Assembly (NCBI RefSeq): GCF_964204645.1
Contig: NC_134028.1
Span: 21,386,345-21,450,344 of the forward strand
Origin: Tubulanus polymorphus
Lineage: Eukaryota > Animalia > Nemertea
DNA length: 64,000 nt
Direction: 5' to 3'
Part shown: positions 1 through 10,416 of the stretch, piece by piece
Layout: each line of letters begins with the position of its first letter
Position numbering within the stretch: position 1 is the stretch's first letter
Notes under the pieces: generated by a model
The model's input: the letters and a program-made list of their open reading frames with translations, nothing else
Told to the model about the DNA's origin: nothing
Database searches by the model: none
Program-made: the position numbers and the translations under genes

Positions 1-200
1 CTGTAATACCTTTTACATCAAATAATATAATACCTTCTACACCTGTAATACCTTCTACATCTGTAATACCCTCTACATCAAATAATATAATACCTTCTAC
101 ACCTGTAATACCTTCTACATCTAATAATGTGATGCCTAATACATCTAATAATGTAATACCTTCTACATCTAATAATGTAATACCTTCTACATCTAATAAT
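1..200 (+). repeat. Coding minisatellite with 18- and 24-bp units (CTGTAATACCTTCTACAT / CTAATAATGTAATACCTTCTACAT) and a 60-bp higher-order period
   Basis: Directly visible; 1-60 is nearly identical to 61-120; unit lengths are multiples of 3. Confidence 0.9.
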
Positions 201-824
201 GCAATAATATTAAATGTTAGTGAAAATAGAAATTATTGTGGTTATTGTAATGGTGAATTTTCAAACGCTCCATCAAATTGGAATAAACATATGAATACAA
301 ATTCACATATTACTAATGTTATAGAACGTGTTGGTAAAAAAGAATTTATAGAACACCCATTTAGATATGTTACAAAGTTTGTTTCAAATAAAAAAGTAAA
401 TGGTGAAAAAATATATGAAGATTTATTATTAGCAACACCTAATAAAGATGAATTAGATTTAACTGATGCTAATGAAATATTAGGATCAAACACTGTAAAT
501 GAAATATTAGGAGCAAACACTAATAAAGATGATGTCATACACCCACATGATGATATAGTTACAGATAAACATATTGATAATAAAGATTCTATAAAACTTA
601 AAGTAGAAAATAATGATAAATTTGATTGGAACAATAAGCTTAACAATAAAACAACTATTGATGATTTAGTAAAAAATGTGAAAAAGATGAAAAAGGTGAA
701 AAAGGTGAAAAAGGTGAAAAAAAATTATAAAGATGTTGATGTAGATTCGGTAGAGCATTTAAATATGTTGTTAGCGTCTGATAGTGAAAGTGATTCAGAA
801 ATTGATTATCTAACACTCGAATAA
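3..824 (+). CDS. Polinton protein with VIPST(S/P)NN repeats, a C2H2 zinc finger and a basic/acidic tail; 5' end outside window
   Basis: Frame is open from base 3, so the track start at 129 is not the real start. Contains CGYC-x13-HMNTNSH, a KKVKKVKKVKK run and an SDSESDSE tail. Confidence 0.7.
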   Translation, partial: VIPFTSNNIIPSTPVIPSTSVIPSTSNNIIPSTPVIPSTSNNVMPNTSNNVIPSTSNNVIPSTSNNAIILNVSENRNYCGYCNGEFSNAPSNWNKHMNTNSHITNVIERVGKKEFIEHPFRYVTKFVSNKKVNGEKIYEDLLLATPNKDELDLTDANEILGSNTVNEILGANTNKDDVIHPHDDIVTDKHIDNKDSIKLKVENNDKFDWNNKLNNKTTIDDLVKNVKKMKKVKKVKKVKKNYKDVDVDSVEHLNMLLASDSESDSEIDYLTLE

Positions 825-949
825 TAAAGGTTGAAAATTATATAAAATAATATTAAATAAAAAAGGGGTTTTAATTATTTAAGGTATCTAATAGGGTATC
901 AGGTATTAGGGTATATAATAGGGTATCTAATATATAGGTAAACAAATAG

Positions 950-1561
950 TTATTTTATAAATTTATATTCATATGGAAATTGTAATCTCATTAATAATTT
1001 TGAACCTTTATTATTTTTTAATTTATTCATATATTCATCATGTAATTCAGGAGGTATAATTTGATTTTCTTCCAATGATTGTTGCATAGATTTTCTATCT
1101 TTGTTGTAGAATAAAACTAGAAATCTTATATTCTCTCTAAAATCTTTCACAATTGAATTATATTTCTGATTTAAAACCCATGTTGTTATCCCAAAATGTC
1201 TACCAGAGAAAGCTAAATAACATAACTCGCTTTCTCTAATTTTAGAATCATGTAAATTTGCGCAATCATCGATAATAAATAATGTATTAGATCCTTTATA
1301 AATATCTAATGTAATTTTTATACAATTATCTAAATTTTCTTTTACTGTTTTAGGGTCTAATATAATAAACTTTTTTATCTTAACTATATCTCTATTATAT
1401 GTTTTATTCATTTCATATGTAGGACAGAATAATATTATATTATCAAAATGATTCTTATAAATAGTTTCTAATAAATCTAATATGAAGTGTGTTTTACCAC
1501 AATTGGTTACACCAGTAACTAACATATTATGAGGTTCAAATATAAATAAATCTTTATTCAT
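950..1561 (-). CDS. A32/FtsK-HerA-like DNA packaging ATPase of Polinton
   Basis: Walker A GVTNCGKT, Walker B LFIIDD, SGRH motif followed by NQ and R-E-N; overlaps the integrase stop. Confidence 0.92.
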   Translation of the reverse strand: MNKDLFIFEPHNMLVTGVTNCGKTHFILDLLETIYKNHFDNIILFCPTYEMNKTYNRDIVKIKKFIILDPKTVKENLDNCIKITLDIYKGSNTLFIIDDCANLHDSKIRESELCYLAFSGRHFGITTWVLNQKYNSIVKDFRENIRFLVLFYNKDRKSMQQSLEENQIIPPELHDEYMNKLKNNKGSKLLMRLQFPYEYKFIK

Positions 1562-2669
1562 TTATTCTTTTAATTTTACTAGATAAAATCCATTCATTAA
1601 ATTTATCATCATATCCTTTATATTTCACCAAAGAATACTTTTTTCCTTTAAGAGTTTTTGTTTTCAATACTTTTTCTATTTTGTATTCTATTTCATCTGG
1701 ATTTGGTACTAATGATAATTCTTGTTCATAGAAATAACCTAATATTTCTTCATCTTTTAGATCTTCTAATTTATAAACAAATGGTTTAGTTAATATTATC
1801 TTTTTAATTTTAAATATTTCTTCAGTAAAATTAGGGGTATAACCTTTATAAAATGTTTTTCGATATTTAGAAATTCTAACGTGTTGTCCTATTTTAAATT
1901 TAGGTTCTCCAAAATCATGTGTAACAAATGCTCCATATAAATTATTCCAAACTATTTCTGAATTTTCTTCTTTTCTAGCTTGTATAGGTTTCATATTTAT
2001 AGAACTATGTTTAGAATTATTATAACCTTTAACTAAATCATCTAACACATCGATATATTTATATGTTTCATTAGCGGTGAAATATTTCCACATTCTAGTT
2101 TTCAATGTTTTATTAAATCTTTCTATAACAGATGCTTTTTTATCTGAATGTGTTGAAAAATATTCTACATCGTTATCAGATAATAGTTTTTTAAAATGTT
2201 TGTTATAAAATTCTTTACCTTCATCAAATTGTATTTTATCTGGGATAGCTTCTTTAAATATAGATTTAAAAGCATTTGTAACTTCTATACCAGTTTTATT
2301 TTTAATCGGGATACCCCATGCGTATCTACTGAATATATCTATAACATTCAGTATCCAGAAATATCCTTTGTTGTATTCTTCTAAGTTTTTCATATCAATT
2401 AAATCAGCTTGCCATTGTTGGTCAATATATGAAACCATTACTTTTCTTGTTAAATATTTTTTATCCATCTTTTTATGAATTTGATATGTGGGTTGATTTT
2501 GTAACCATGATTTTAATTCACTATATTTTATACCACCATGTGGGTGCCGTACGGCACCATCACTATTATCGGATTTAATTTTATTCCATAATTCTGAAAC
2601 GTTAGAATATGATACTTCACTTTCTGGGTTATAATATAAATCTCTTAAATATTGTTCTTTTTTCATCAT
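1554..2669 (-). CDS. Retroviral-like (rve) c-integrase with C-terminal chromodomain
   Basis: DDE triad in WQADL, IQFDEGKEF and VIERFNKTLK; YNNSKHSSI; FYKGYTPNFTEEIF; chromodomain YKIEKVLK...SLVKYKGYDDKFNEWI. Confidence 0.95.
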   Translation of the reverse strand: MMKKEQYLRDLYYNPESEVSYSNVSELWNKIKSDNSDGAVRHPHGGIKYSELKSWLQNQPTYQIHKKMDKKYLTRKVMVSYIDQQWQADLIDMKNLEEYNKGYFWILNVIDIFSRYAWGIPIKNKTGIEVTNAFKSIFKEAIPDKIQFDEGKEFYNKHFKKLLSDNDVEYFSTHSDKKASVIERFNKTLKTRMWKYFTANETYKYIDVLDDLVKGYNNSKHSSINMKPIQARKEENSEIVWNNLYGAFVTHDFGEPKFKIGQHVRISKYRKTFYKGYTPNFTEEIFKIKKIILTKPFVYKLEDLKDEEILGYFYEQELSLVPNPDEIEYKIEKVLKTKTLKGKKYSLVKYKGYDDKFNEWILSSKIKRINE

Positions 2670-2672
2670 ATT

Positions 2673-3023
2673 TTAATCCATTAATAATATTTTATACTTA
2701 TTTTCATTTGATTTATTTTCTGGTATGATAGGTTTCCGATCATCATTGGAATCATCTTTATCGTCAGATTTGAATTTTGATTTATATATTACACCGGATA
2801 ATATAATAACTGTGATTAACCCAATTGTAATATATAATTTATAATTACTTCCAACATTAGAAGAATCAGATGGATTATTATTTGAATCAATACCAGGTGA
2901 TTCATTTATATCAGTTAATTTCTTTTTCTTAGCTTTTTTTAATTCTGAAGATCTTTTACCTAATTCTCTTGCCCATTTAATTTGTTTCTCGGATCTAGCC
3001 TTTTTCTTAACTCCATCACTCAT
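2673..3023 (-). CDS. Small Polinton protein with basic N-terminus and one transmembrane helix
   Basis: Hydrophobic LYITIGLITVIILSGVIY; tightly packed and co-oriented with the integrase. Confidence 0.65.
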   Translation of the reverse strand: MSDGVKKKARSEKQIKWARELGKRSSELKKAKKKKLTDINESPGIDSNNNPSDSSNVGSNYKLYITIGLITVIILSGVIYKSKFKSDDKDDSNDDRKPIIPENKSNENKYKILLMD

Positions 3024-3618
3024 TTATTTTAGTTAATTTTTGTTCTGATTCATCTTCTGTTTCGTGGTTTGGTTGTAGTACATCTGTTTCGTTCTTACCT
3101 GATTTATATTCCATAGGCTTGATGTTCGAAAATGTTATAACTCCAGTAGAAATCAATGTCATAACCGATCCTAATTGAAATGAAGCATATCCAACCCATT
3201 TTTGTAATTCAGTCATAACTCAATAGTCATTTTTTAAATCATTATATAATTTATTTTCATCATCAATTGGTATTAGCCGGTTACATAATTTTGAATAACA
3301 TTTGATAATACCATCACTTATAGAGTCGTTTATTCTAGCTAATCTTGACTCTTCATAAATCTTAAAATATTTGATTACTTTTTCTTTATTCATATTATCT
3401 AATTCTTGAAAAGTTATTATTTTTCCTAAGAAGTCCTTAGATTTCCCACCAGCAATTAATAATTCAAGATGATGCTTACAATATAAATAGTATTCATAAT
3501 CTATATTGTTATTAACTTGAGCACAATTAGTTGCCACATTATCATTATCATCTGTTAAACCTAAATCTTCCAAAGTTTTTTCAACCTTAATATTATTCTT
3601 ATTCGATTTCTTAGACAT
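3016..3618 (-). pseudogene. Single Polinton ORF of about 200 codons interrupted by one in-frame TGA
   Basis: Track ORFs 3220-3618 and 3016-3216 are in the same frame, joined by GAC TAT TGA GTT ATG. Confidence 0.7.
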
Positions 3619-3841
3619 TTATATTAGAGAAATTTAATAAGAATAGTATTATAAGTATTCTTCAAATGATACTAGCTAGTTAAAGCTAAAGAATTCTAGT
3701 ATTAGTTATTGTTTTTTAGTATTTTTTATTTGTGATATAAAGTATTCTTTTTTGAAAGAAAATATTAAAAATTAAAATAGAAATAATAGCTAGTTGAAGG
3801 TATGTAATTTTTATTATATTTTATTTGAGATATATTATTCT

Positions 3842-4420
3842 TTAACCACTCATTAAAGACTCAACATATTGTTCATTATTTGGATTATTGTTCCATAATT
3901 CAATAAATTTCTTTGCTTTTGTTAACTGTTCCAAATATAACTGTAAATCTAGTTTATTTGATTTGATTTGATTTTCTTTCTTTTCTAAAGGCCTTAGATT
4001 CTTCCAATTCCAGATTCGCTTCTTATCATATTCATCATTCATGTCAAATTTAGAAATCGGCAATACATGATCAATATGAAAGTATTCACCATAATTATCT
4101 ATATTCATTTTATCATCGAATTGATATATTATCCATGATTTTAAGAATTCATCTGAACAACCCAACAAATTAGATAGTGTTTCTGAATGTGTTTCTTTGT
4201 TGAATAATTGTGTTAATCTAGACCGTAAACATTGTTTTAATCTAAAATTAAGATCTGTTTGATATCTTTCTCTCATATATTTTGTCATATAATCATTATA
4301 AGATTCTCTATTATCTTCTCGATATTGTTTGGTATATAGTTTAAAACAAGTTTTACAACAATTTTGAAAACCATCTTTGCTAATCTTACGCTTACTAAAT
4401 TCTGTTATAGCTAATTTTGC
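3842..4420 (-). pseudogene. HNH endonuclease, N-terminally truncated
   Basis: HIDHVLP...NWKNLRPL...ENQIKSNK HNH motif. The frame stays open upstream of ATG 4288 (ITEFSKRKISKDGFQNCCKTC, half a zinc ribbon) up to a TAA at 4421-4423, with no start codon or first CxxC. Confidence 0.78.
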
Positions 4421-5449
4421 TTAATGCGCATGCGCTAATCATAATTATATATTCATTCTAGAAATAGAAACGACCGAACACAGAAATTCATCAATCAGAT
4501 TTACACAATACATTATACAAGTTGTTCGGTCGTTTCTTCCAATACATCATTTGATTTCTATAAATACAATTTATAATTACAAACATTTTTTCAATTGTTG
4601 GTAAATATTTAACTACATCAACAAATGTTAAACTTAATCATTGGAGTCTTAATGTTTTTGAAATTCTTATATAGTTTCTTCGACGATCTTTTGGTGATTC
4701 TTGTGTTTCTTGTGCTAATTTCTATTGGTTTGATATCCATTGCTGTTGATTCCTCAGTCAGAAAGAGTATCTTGAGTTTCTCTATCACTTCTTGATGCGT
4801 ATGGCGTTTTATTTATCTAAAAGATATTAGCGGTAACTCTAACTATCTAAAAGATATTCTAAATACGCTTAAATATATCTAAAGGTTTCATATTTAATAA
4901 CCTTAATAACTACAACAAACAGTACTTACATTTAGATTTATAATTGTAAACTATAAACTCCTAATTTCGTTTCGAAAGATAGAATATCCTGAGCACAATA
5001 TTACAGCGTATATCCATTTCCGGGGCGATTTCTAGAATGACACGTCGTTAATTATACAGCGCCATCTAGTTCCGGCACGCCTTTCTAGAATATTCTCTAC
5101 ACGTTTCTAATTATGATGTGTAATAATGTCTCGTCGTCATAGTAACAACTGTAACAGCTGTGAATTTATAGATTTATTCTATGGCTCTATACATTGAATG
5201 TATATAGGCTCAAATAGAATCATGTTCTAGTATAAACATCTAGAACAAGCGTGTTGAGACTTGTAAATTATGAAATTTGTGATTCGCTACGTTCGCTGTA
5301 TACACAACGTGTTGAAGTTGAAAAAAAACAATAATAAAAGAATTTAGATTAATGAAATTAATTAACTCTTTACAATTGAAATATAAGCTAGTAACATATG
5401 TTTACTATAGTTAATACAACCAACTATATATCTGAGTATTATCGGGTGT

Positions 5450-5623
5450 TTATAACGATTCAACATATTTTTCACCATGTGTTGAGTTCTTTAATTCGAT
5501 AAATGTCTTTGCTTTAACCAACTGGACTAAAAACAAATGTGTTATAGTTTTATTGTGTCTTGCTTTTTGAGACTTGTCTATATCGATATTACATGTTGGG
5601 CAGTAGTATTTATTTGCTTCCAT
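5450..5623 (-). CDS. 57-aa C2H2 zinc-finger microprotein (below ORF-track cutoff)
   Basis: Hand translation MEANKYYCPTCNIDIDKSQKARHNKTITHLFLVQLVKAKTFIELKNSTHGEKYVESL*; CxxC-x11-H-x5-H. Confidence 0.65.
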   Translation of the reverse strand: MEANKYYCPTCNIDIDKSQKARHNKTITHLFLVQLVKAKTFIELKNSTHGEKYVESL

Positions 5624-5639
5624 TTTAATACTAAATTTT

Positions 5640-5655
5640 TTATTAAAATTGATTT
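5640..5655 (-). promoter_or_regulatory. Conserved 16-bp motif TTATTAAAATTGATTT (+ strand), candidate promoter; also at 6070-6085 and 6448-6463
   Basis: Three exact copies; two start exactly 17 nt from the ATGs at 5623 and 6431. Confidence 0.55.
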
Positions 5656-5705
5656 TAGAAGTTCAATGATTTAAATGTTATTCATATATATGTGAATATT
5701 TTAAG

Positions 5706-6057
5706 AGTAATAGGGATAATAGGCTTTCGGGTTAAAGGTTTAATGATCGAGCTCATTAAAAAACAAAATATTAAAAGTAATAACAATTTCTACTTGAATT
5801 ACTCGCAAAACTCATAAAAATGAACCCAACGCATATAAATATTCAATGATTTATGAATTATTTCACTCACACTTTACTCACACTTTCTTCTAGCGAGTAG
5901 AAAATGAAAAATAAATTCGAGTGTGCGAGAATTATTGTTCATTTTTATGAGTTTTGCGAGTAATTCAAGTAGAAATTGTTATTATTTTTATGTTTTTTGT
6001 TTTTTAATGAGCTCGACCGTTCGACCTTTGATCTGAAAGCCTATTATCCCTATTACT
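5706..6057. repeat. Imperfect hairpin with ~120-bp arms (AGTAATAGGGATAATAGGCTTTC...GAAAGCCTATTATCCCTATTACT)
   Basis: 5706-5825 is the imperfect reverse complement of 5937-6057. Confidence 0.9.
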
Positions 6058-6089
6058 TATATAGATTTTTTATTAAAATTGATTTTATA

Positions 6090-6431
6090 TTATTCGAAAT
6101 TTATATCATGACATCCTTTTTCATTCTTACCTTTGTATATGAAATAGAAATCACCAGAATATAATTCTTCAATATCTTCACTTGATAATCTATGAAATCT
6201 ATCTGGTAAATATGTTCTGAATTTATATTTATTTCCTTTTAATCCTTCATAATCTAAGTGAATAACTAATTCATTACCATATCTACTACTAGTTGTTTCA
6301 ATATTTGTAATTAGATATTTTAGATGTAACGTTAATTCTGTTAACCTTTTGAATTTATAATCTACAGATTTGACATTTGTAGTATCTTTAATTCTATTTA
6401 AGAATTCACTGTGTGTTTGTTAACTCTCCAT
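6090..6431 (-). pseudogene. 113-codon Polinton hypothetical ORF with TAA at codon 4
   Basis: Hand translation MES*QTHSEFLNRIK...SRYGNELVIHL...RTYLPDRF...FIYKGKNEKGCHDINFE*; otherwise open in very AT-rich DNA. Confidence 0.6.
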
Positions 6432-6515
6432 TCATTATACATATTCTTTATTAAAATTGATTTCATTAATATGATATTCATTTATATGATGTTCATATAT
6501 ATACGAATATATATA

Positions 6516-6661
6516 AGTAATGGGGAAAGTGTTTTTTTTTCAGATTAAAGGTTGAAAGGTTGAGTAAGTGAAATAAATTCGAGCGTGTGAGAATTTATTT
6601 TTTATTTTCGATGAGCTCGACCTTTCGACCTTTGATCTGAAAAAACACTTTCCCCGTTACT
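6516..6661. repeat. Shorter related hairpin at the element end (AGTAATGGGGAAAGTGTTTT...AAAACACTTTCCCCGTTACT)
   Basis: ~45-bp arms; shares ATGAGCTCGACC-TTCGACCTTTGATCTGAAA and AAATAAATTCGAG with the first hairpin. Confidence 0.88.
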
Positions 6662-7084
6662 CTCGTTCACACTACAGAAAATACGCGGCCAGCTCAGTTC
6701 CGTACTGAGATCGGGTTTTCTGCGCGGAACGCAGCCGCGAATAGGCCTCGAATAATTCCCAAGTGTGAACCGTACTGAAATCCTTGTACGAAGGCAGCTA
6801 TAATCAAACTTTGCATACAATATGTAAAATTTAGTGTTCAAAAGAATATCATGTCTAATCTAAAAGGTGATGCGGTCGCACAGAGAATCATATCGCACAT
6901 CCGTCGATACAACCAGAGAATGAAATTTGTTTAACAAGCTTCGCGCATTGAAATTTTCACATGATGAAAATCTAAATTGAAGCTTTATGAATAGTCTTGT
7001 TAGTTCTTGGAGCTTATTGTCGCGTATAAACACCACTCACCACGCTCACTATTCAACACTGACCATTATATTGGAGGAGAGGAA

Positions 7085-8110
7085 ATGGATGGAAATGTGA
7101 CGACGCCGCAGTACTCTTCGAGAATTTCTTTGTGTTCTATAAAGCCAGAAACTCAATACGCTTTATTTCCACTGCATGTCTATATAGGAATTCCAGCATC
7201 AGTGACAGGAATCATTCTTAATGTTTTATCAGTCGTCGTTTTGAACCACATGTCAGTAAAAAGCTTTAATTCAGCAATGTTTCTGTTGAAGTATCTCAGC
7301 GTCGCCGATAGTGCATTTTTGGTCACCGATCTGAACTATAGGGGTTTAAGATACCTGATAACGATGATTCAACTCGGATTCGATGTATTCAGAATGTCGG
7401 CTTCGATGCAACCATTCATGCTGATTTGTACAGTAACCGCCAATGGCATAGCTCTACAGAATCGGAATTGGACAATAGTTCTAATGAGTTTAGACAGACT
7501 CGTTCATGTTGTGTTTCCTTTTAAAGCCCTTAAATGGTTCACACGTAGGCGATGTATTGTCGTAGTGATTGCACTGTCATTACTTTCAATTTGTAGTCAA
7601 ATATTTAGATACTTCTTTCTCAGACTTAAATGGACGAAACGAACGTGTCCGTACATTGAACCCGGTTATAGAGTAATTTTTGGTAGGGTTACTGCATCTG
7701 TCGGTCGGTTTTATGGTCCTACATTAGGTTCGTTGGCACCGTTAACGTTTCTCTCAGCGTTCGCGGTCGCAACGCTGATATTAACACTACAAATACGCAG
7801 GCGTCAAAAGGAAGTGGCTGCTAGTACTAGCGACAAAAATTCGACGCAAGCGATGAAAATGACATTATGTATCATAGGTCTACATGCATTGTTTGAATTG
7901 CCCAGTGGTATAAACCACATTCTGATCGGTTTGAAACGTTATAGAAAGATCAAATATCATGGTGAAGGAATTACAGATCCCGTGGTAGGTCTACTCAATA
8001 GAATCGACTCGGTTAGTAATTTCATTATTTTTGTTCTAGCAAGTCCTTCCTTCCGTAAATCGTTAAAAAATATTCTGTTCAAATGTCGATCAACGTTCAC
8101 ACAAAGATGA
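7085..8110 (+). CDS. Intronless class A GPCR, FMRFamide-receptor-like (copy 1)
   Basis: Seven hydrophobic segments; TM1 GIILN, TM2 LSVAD, TM3 SLDRL, TM6 FELP, TM7 DSVSNFIIF, helix 8 SFRKSLK. ATG 7085 aligns with the starts of the paralogues. Confidence 0.9.
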   Translation: MDGNVTTPQYSSRISLCSIKPETQYALFPLHVYIGIPASVTGIILNVLSVVVLNHMSVKSFNSAMFLLKYLSVADSAFLVTDLNYRGLRYLITMIQLGFDVFRMSASMQPFMLICTVTANGIALQNRNWTIVLMSLDRLVHVVFPFKALKWFTRRRCIVVVIALSLLSICSQIFRYFFLRLKWTKRTCPYIEPGYRVIFGRVTASVGRFYGPTLGSLAPLTFLSAFAVATLILTLQIRRRQKEVAASTSDKNSTQAMKMTLCIIGLHALFELPSGINHILIGLKRYRKIKYHGEGITDPVVGLLNRIDSVSNFIIFVLASPSFRKSLKNILFKCRSTFTQR

Positions 8111-8621
8111 ACTAGACTCAATGTACATAGTGTGCGAAGCAAAGATGGCGCTATACAGGGCCGACACGAAACGTCACAGAACGTCATATTGACCGTAAAA
8201 CGCCTTCAAGTCAAGGTGTATATCTCATATTCCGCAATAGTCCAGCTAGTCTTAGTAAAATAAATCCGGTCGTGTATTAGGAGTCTGTGAGATTCACGGG
8301 GAATGACGATTATATTGCGCACAGTGGTGGACCCAGGCGTGCGCCCCTTATTTTTTCCGAGCAAAAAATGCTTTGCAATCCTGTTGCTTTCGTATGCCAT
8401 CTCCCCTTCAATGCTCGATCCGCCCCTGGCACAGGTGACATGAGAGAGGCGAGCACTGATGAGATTGTGCCTTTTATCTGTAATCCCTCCCTCCGCCGTG
8501 GGAGATATCATTTTGACAAAACAAAGCCAAAAGATCGTTTTGAAACGCCAAATAAGACACATTTCAACGGGCCAACATTCAAAAGATCTAGCTTGGTATT
8601 TATTGAACATTGTCTCCATGA

Positions 8622-9110
8622 AACGTGGGTACAAATCCGTCACCTTTTGGACGACCAATCTTGTAAAAATGCTGTTAATTCATTAGTTGTTTACAGGTGC
8701 GACTACGCAAACTCTTTGCTGGCTGGTACATCTGCATCCCATATTGAAAAGCTGCAACTTTTCCAAAACAATGCAGCACGTTTAATGACGAGAACTAGAA
8801 AATTATAATCATATAACTTCTGTTTTATGTGATCTAAACTGGCTTCCCATCTCGGAAGGAGACAATTTTTAAGATTTACTACTTGTTTTTTTTGCTCCAG
8901 TGTATTTGCAAAACCTTTTTAGTATGTTCCTAGTCGACCATTTAGATCTAGCAATGATCCTACAATTTTAGTTATACCTTATTACTGTCGTGCTAATGGA
9001 CGAAATGCTTTTACTTTCATGGCACTAATTTTATGGAATGTACAACCATAGGATATTCGAGCATGTCCAACTGTCTCAAGATAAAAAGACATTTACTCAT
9101 TTCCCCCCCC
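8622..9110 (+). mobile_element. L2/CR1-group LINE ORF2 3' relic; copies at ~16905-17395 and ~47295-47785
   Basis: IRHLLD...AVNSLVVYRCDYANSLLAG...KLQLFQNNAARL, then frameshifted HITSVL..LNWLP, matching the L2-type RLDYCNSLL/QNxAAR/LHWLP tail. Confidence 0.8.
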
Positions 9111-9654
9111 CCCACGATCATTGATCGTTTGCAACGTGTGAATGATTTCAAAAACACATAATCAAAATTTCGATCATCAATTGGAAACTTTAATTGATAA
9201 CTGAAAGGCTGCCATATTTCACGGCAAACTTTCATGGATTTTTGCCAATCCATTACACAAAGAAGTGCAAAAGTTCATTCAACGTATCATATATAATTGA
9301 CCCCAACTGCATAGACCACCATAAAGAGGAGGTTATGTTCATAAACCAGAATGTGATAAATGAATAGACAATCGATACTATGTATCGGAATTTTCAATGT
9401 TAAATTATTTTACCAAACAAAATCCATGACAAGATTTATGGATTGATTACGTTGAGAATGATACGAATCTGTTACCATGCAGAATAATACATCGTAACAA
9501 ACCGCGCGAGAAGATTAAAAAAGCCCTCGTCCCTCATCCCTTTCGGATCCTTATAGGCGATATCCGTTTTAACTACAACGTGTATGAAACGACTAATACA
9601 CTCTTATCCGTGTTCCGTGTCGTTCTATTCATTTGTATACATAATGCGGTCATT

Positions 9655-9700
9655 CCGCCTGATGATGGCTGTTTCTTAACAACTGAAATTGTCTGTGTGT
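9655..9700 (+). ncRNA. Degenerate type I hammerhead-ribozyme-like motif (Penelope-type relic); copies at ~14426-14470, ~39648-39692, ~44812-44856
   Basis: CCGC-CTGATGA-T-GGCTGTT-TCTT-AACAACT-GAAA-TT-GTC-TGTG; stem II has a mismatch and stem I is out of register by one base. Confidence 0.35.
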
Positions 9701-10416
9701 TTCTTGCTATGATCAATAGTTATCTCAAAAATACATATATAGAAATTCTCATCATGTATTTTGGTTGTGTATCATAGGATTGTACAGTTATACGTTACGT
9801 GGATTGGTGACGGCATCAGCCAAACAAAATCTACATATCCTCCACCAAAAAATAGAAGATTTATGATATATTTTTCTTGTTTCGGACCAATAGGCCCTCA
9901 GACTAGTGGGCTGTTCCGAAATATAGATCCTCAAAAATATCTTTCGTGAATTTCAGTTTGGGACTTTTCTTATGATAATGCTCAATAGCCACAGCGTTTT
10001 CAAGCAGCGCGATGCAACAACAATTGTACTCCGGATGTTTCTTCGTGAAAGTATATCTATTTAGTTTTCGCATCTTCACATCATTTCATTTACACAGTAG
10101 GGAAAAGACATACGTAGTTGTTATTCCATATGCATAAATTATCCCATTACATCCCCATTATATATATATTTGTTATTACCCGAATAGAGTAACTCTTTCG
10201 AATTCCATCTCATCTTACAAAACACATTCTATAGCGAGCTAGATTGAATTGAGGATTGACGATGATAAATCTGCGCAATGGAGTCTGTTGATACAACCAG
10301 AAAATATTCGCGCATCAAATTTGCACATAATGAAAGCTTCTTTGTAAATCTAAAATGAAGTTTTATCGATAGTTCGTTGACCGTAATGTCTCGAGGAACA
10401 TCTCACTCACTGCAAC

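Larger units (their letters stand above)
1..6663. mobile_element. Polinton/Maverick (adintovirus-like) endogenous element, one end only, partly decayed
   Basis: Very AT-rich, densely packed intronless ORFs with an adjacent packaging ATPase and chromodomain integrase, a pairing typical of Polintons. The segment ends in ...GTTACTCT at 6663, consistent with AG...CT termini, and composition changes after it. pPolB and capsid genes are not in the window. Confidence 0.88.

Noticed and set aside
1-200. CRISPR-like array
   Set aside because: Tandem units with no unique spacers, inside an open reading frame.
6665-6800. GTTCACACT...AGTGTGAAC inverted repeat beside the Polinton end
   Set aside because: Possibly a Harbinger-type MITE fragment, but too short and without a definable TSD.
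7007-7084. N-terminal extension of GPCR copy 1 from TTG
   Set aside because: Non-ATG start in a eukaryote; paralogues start at the position of ATG 7085.
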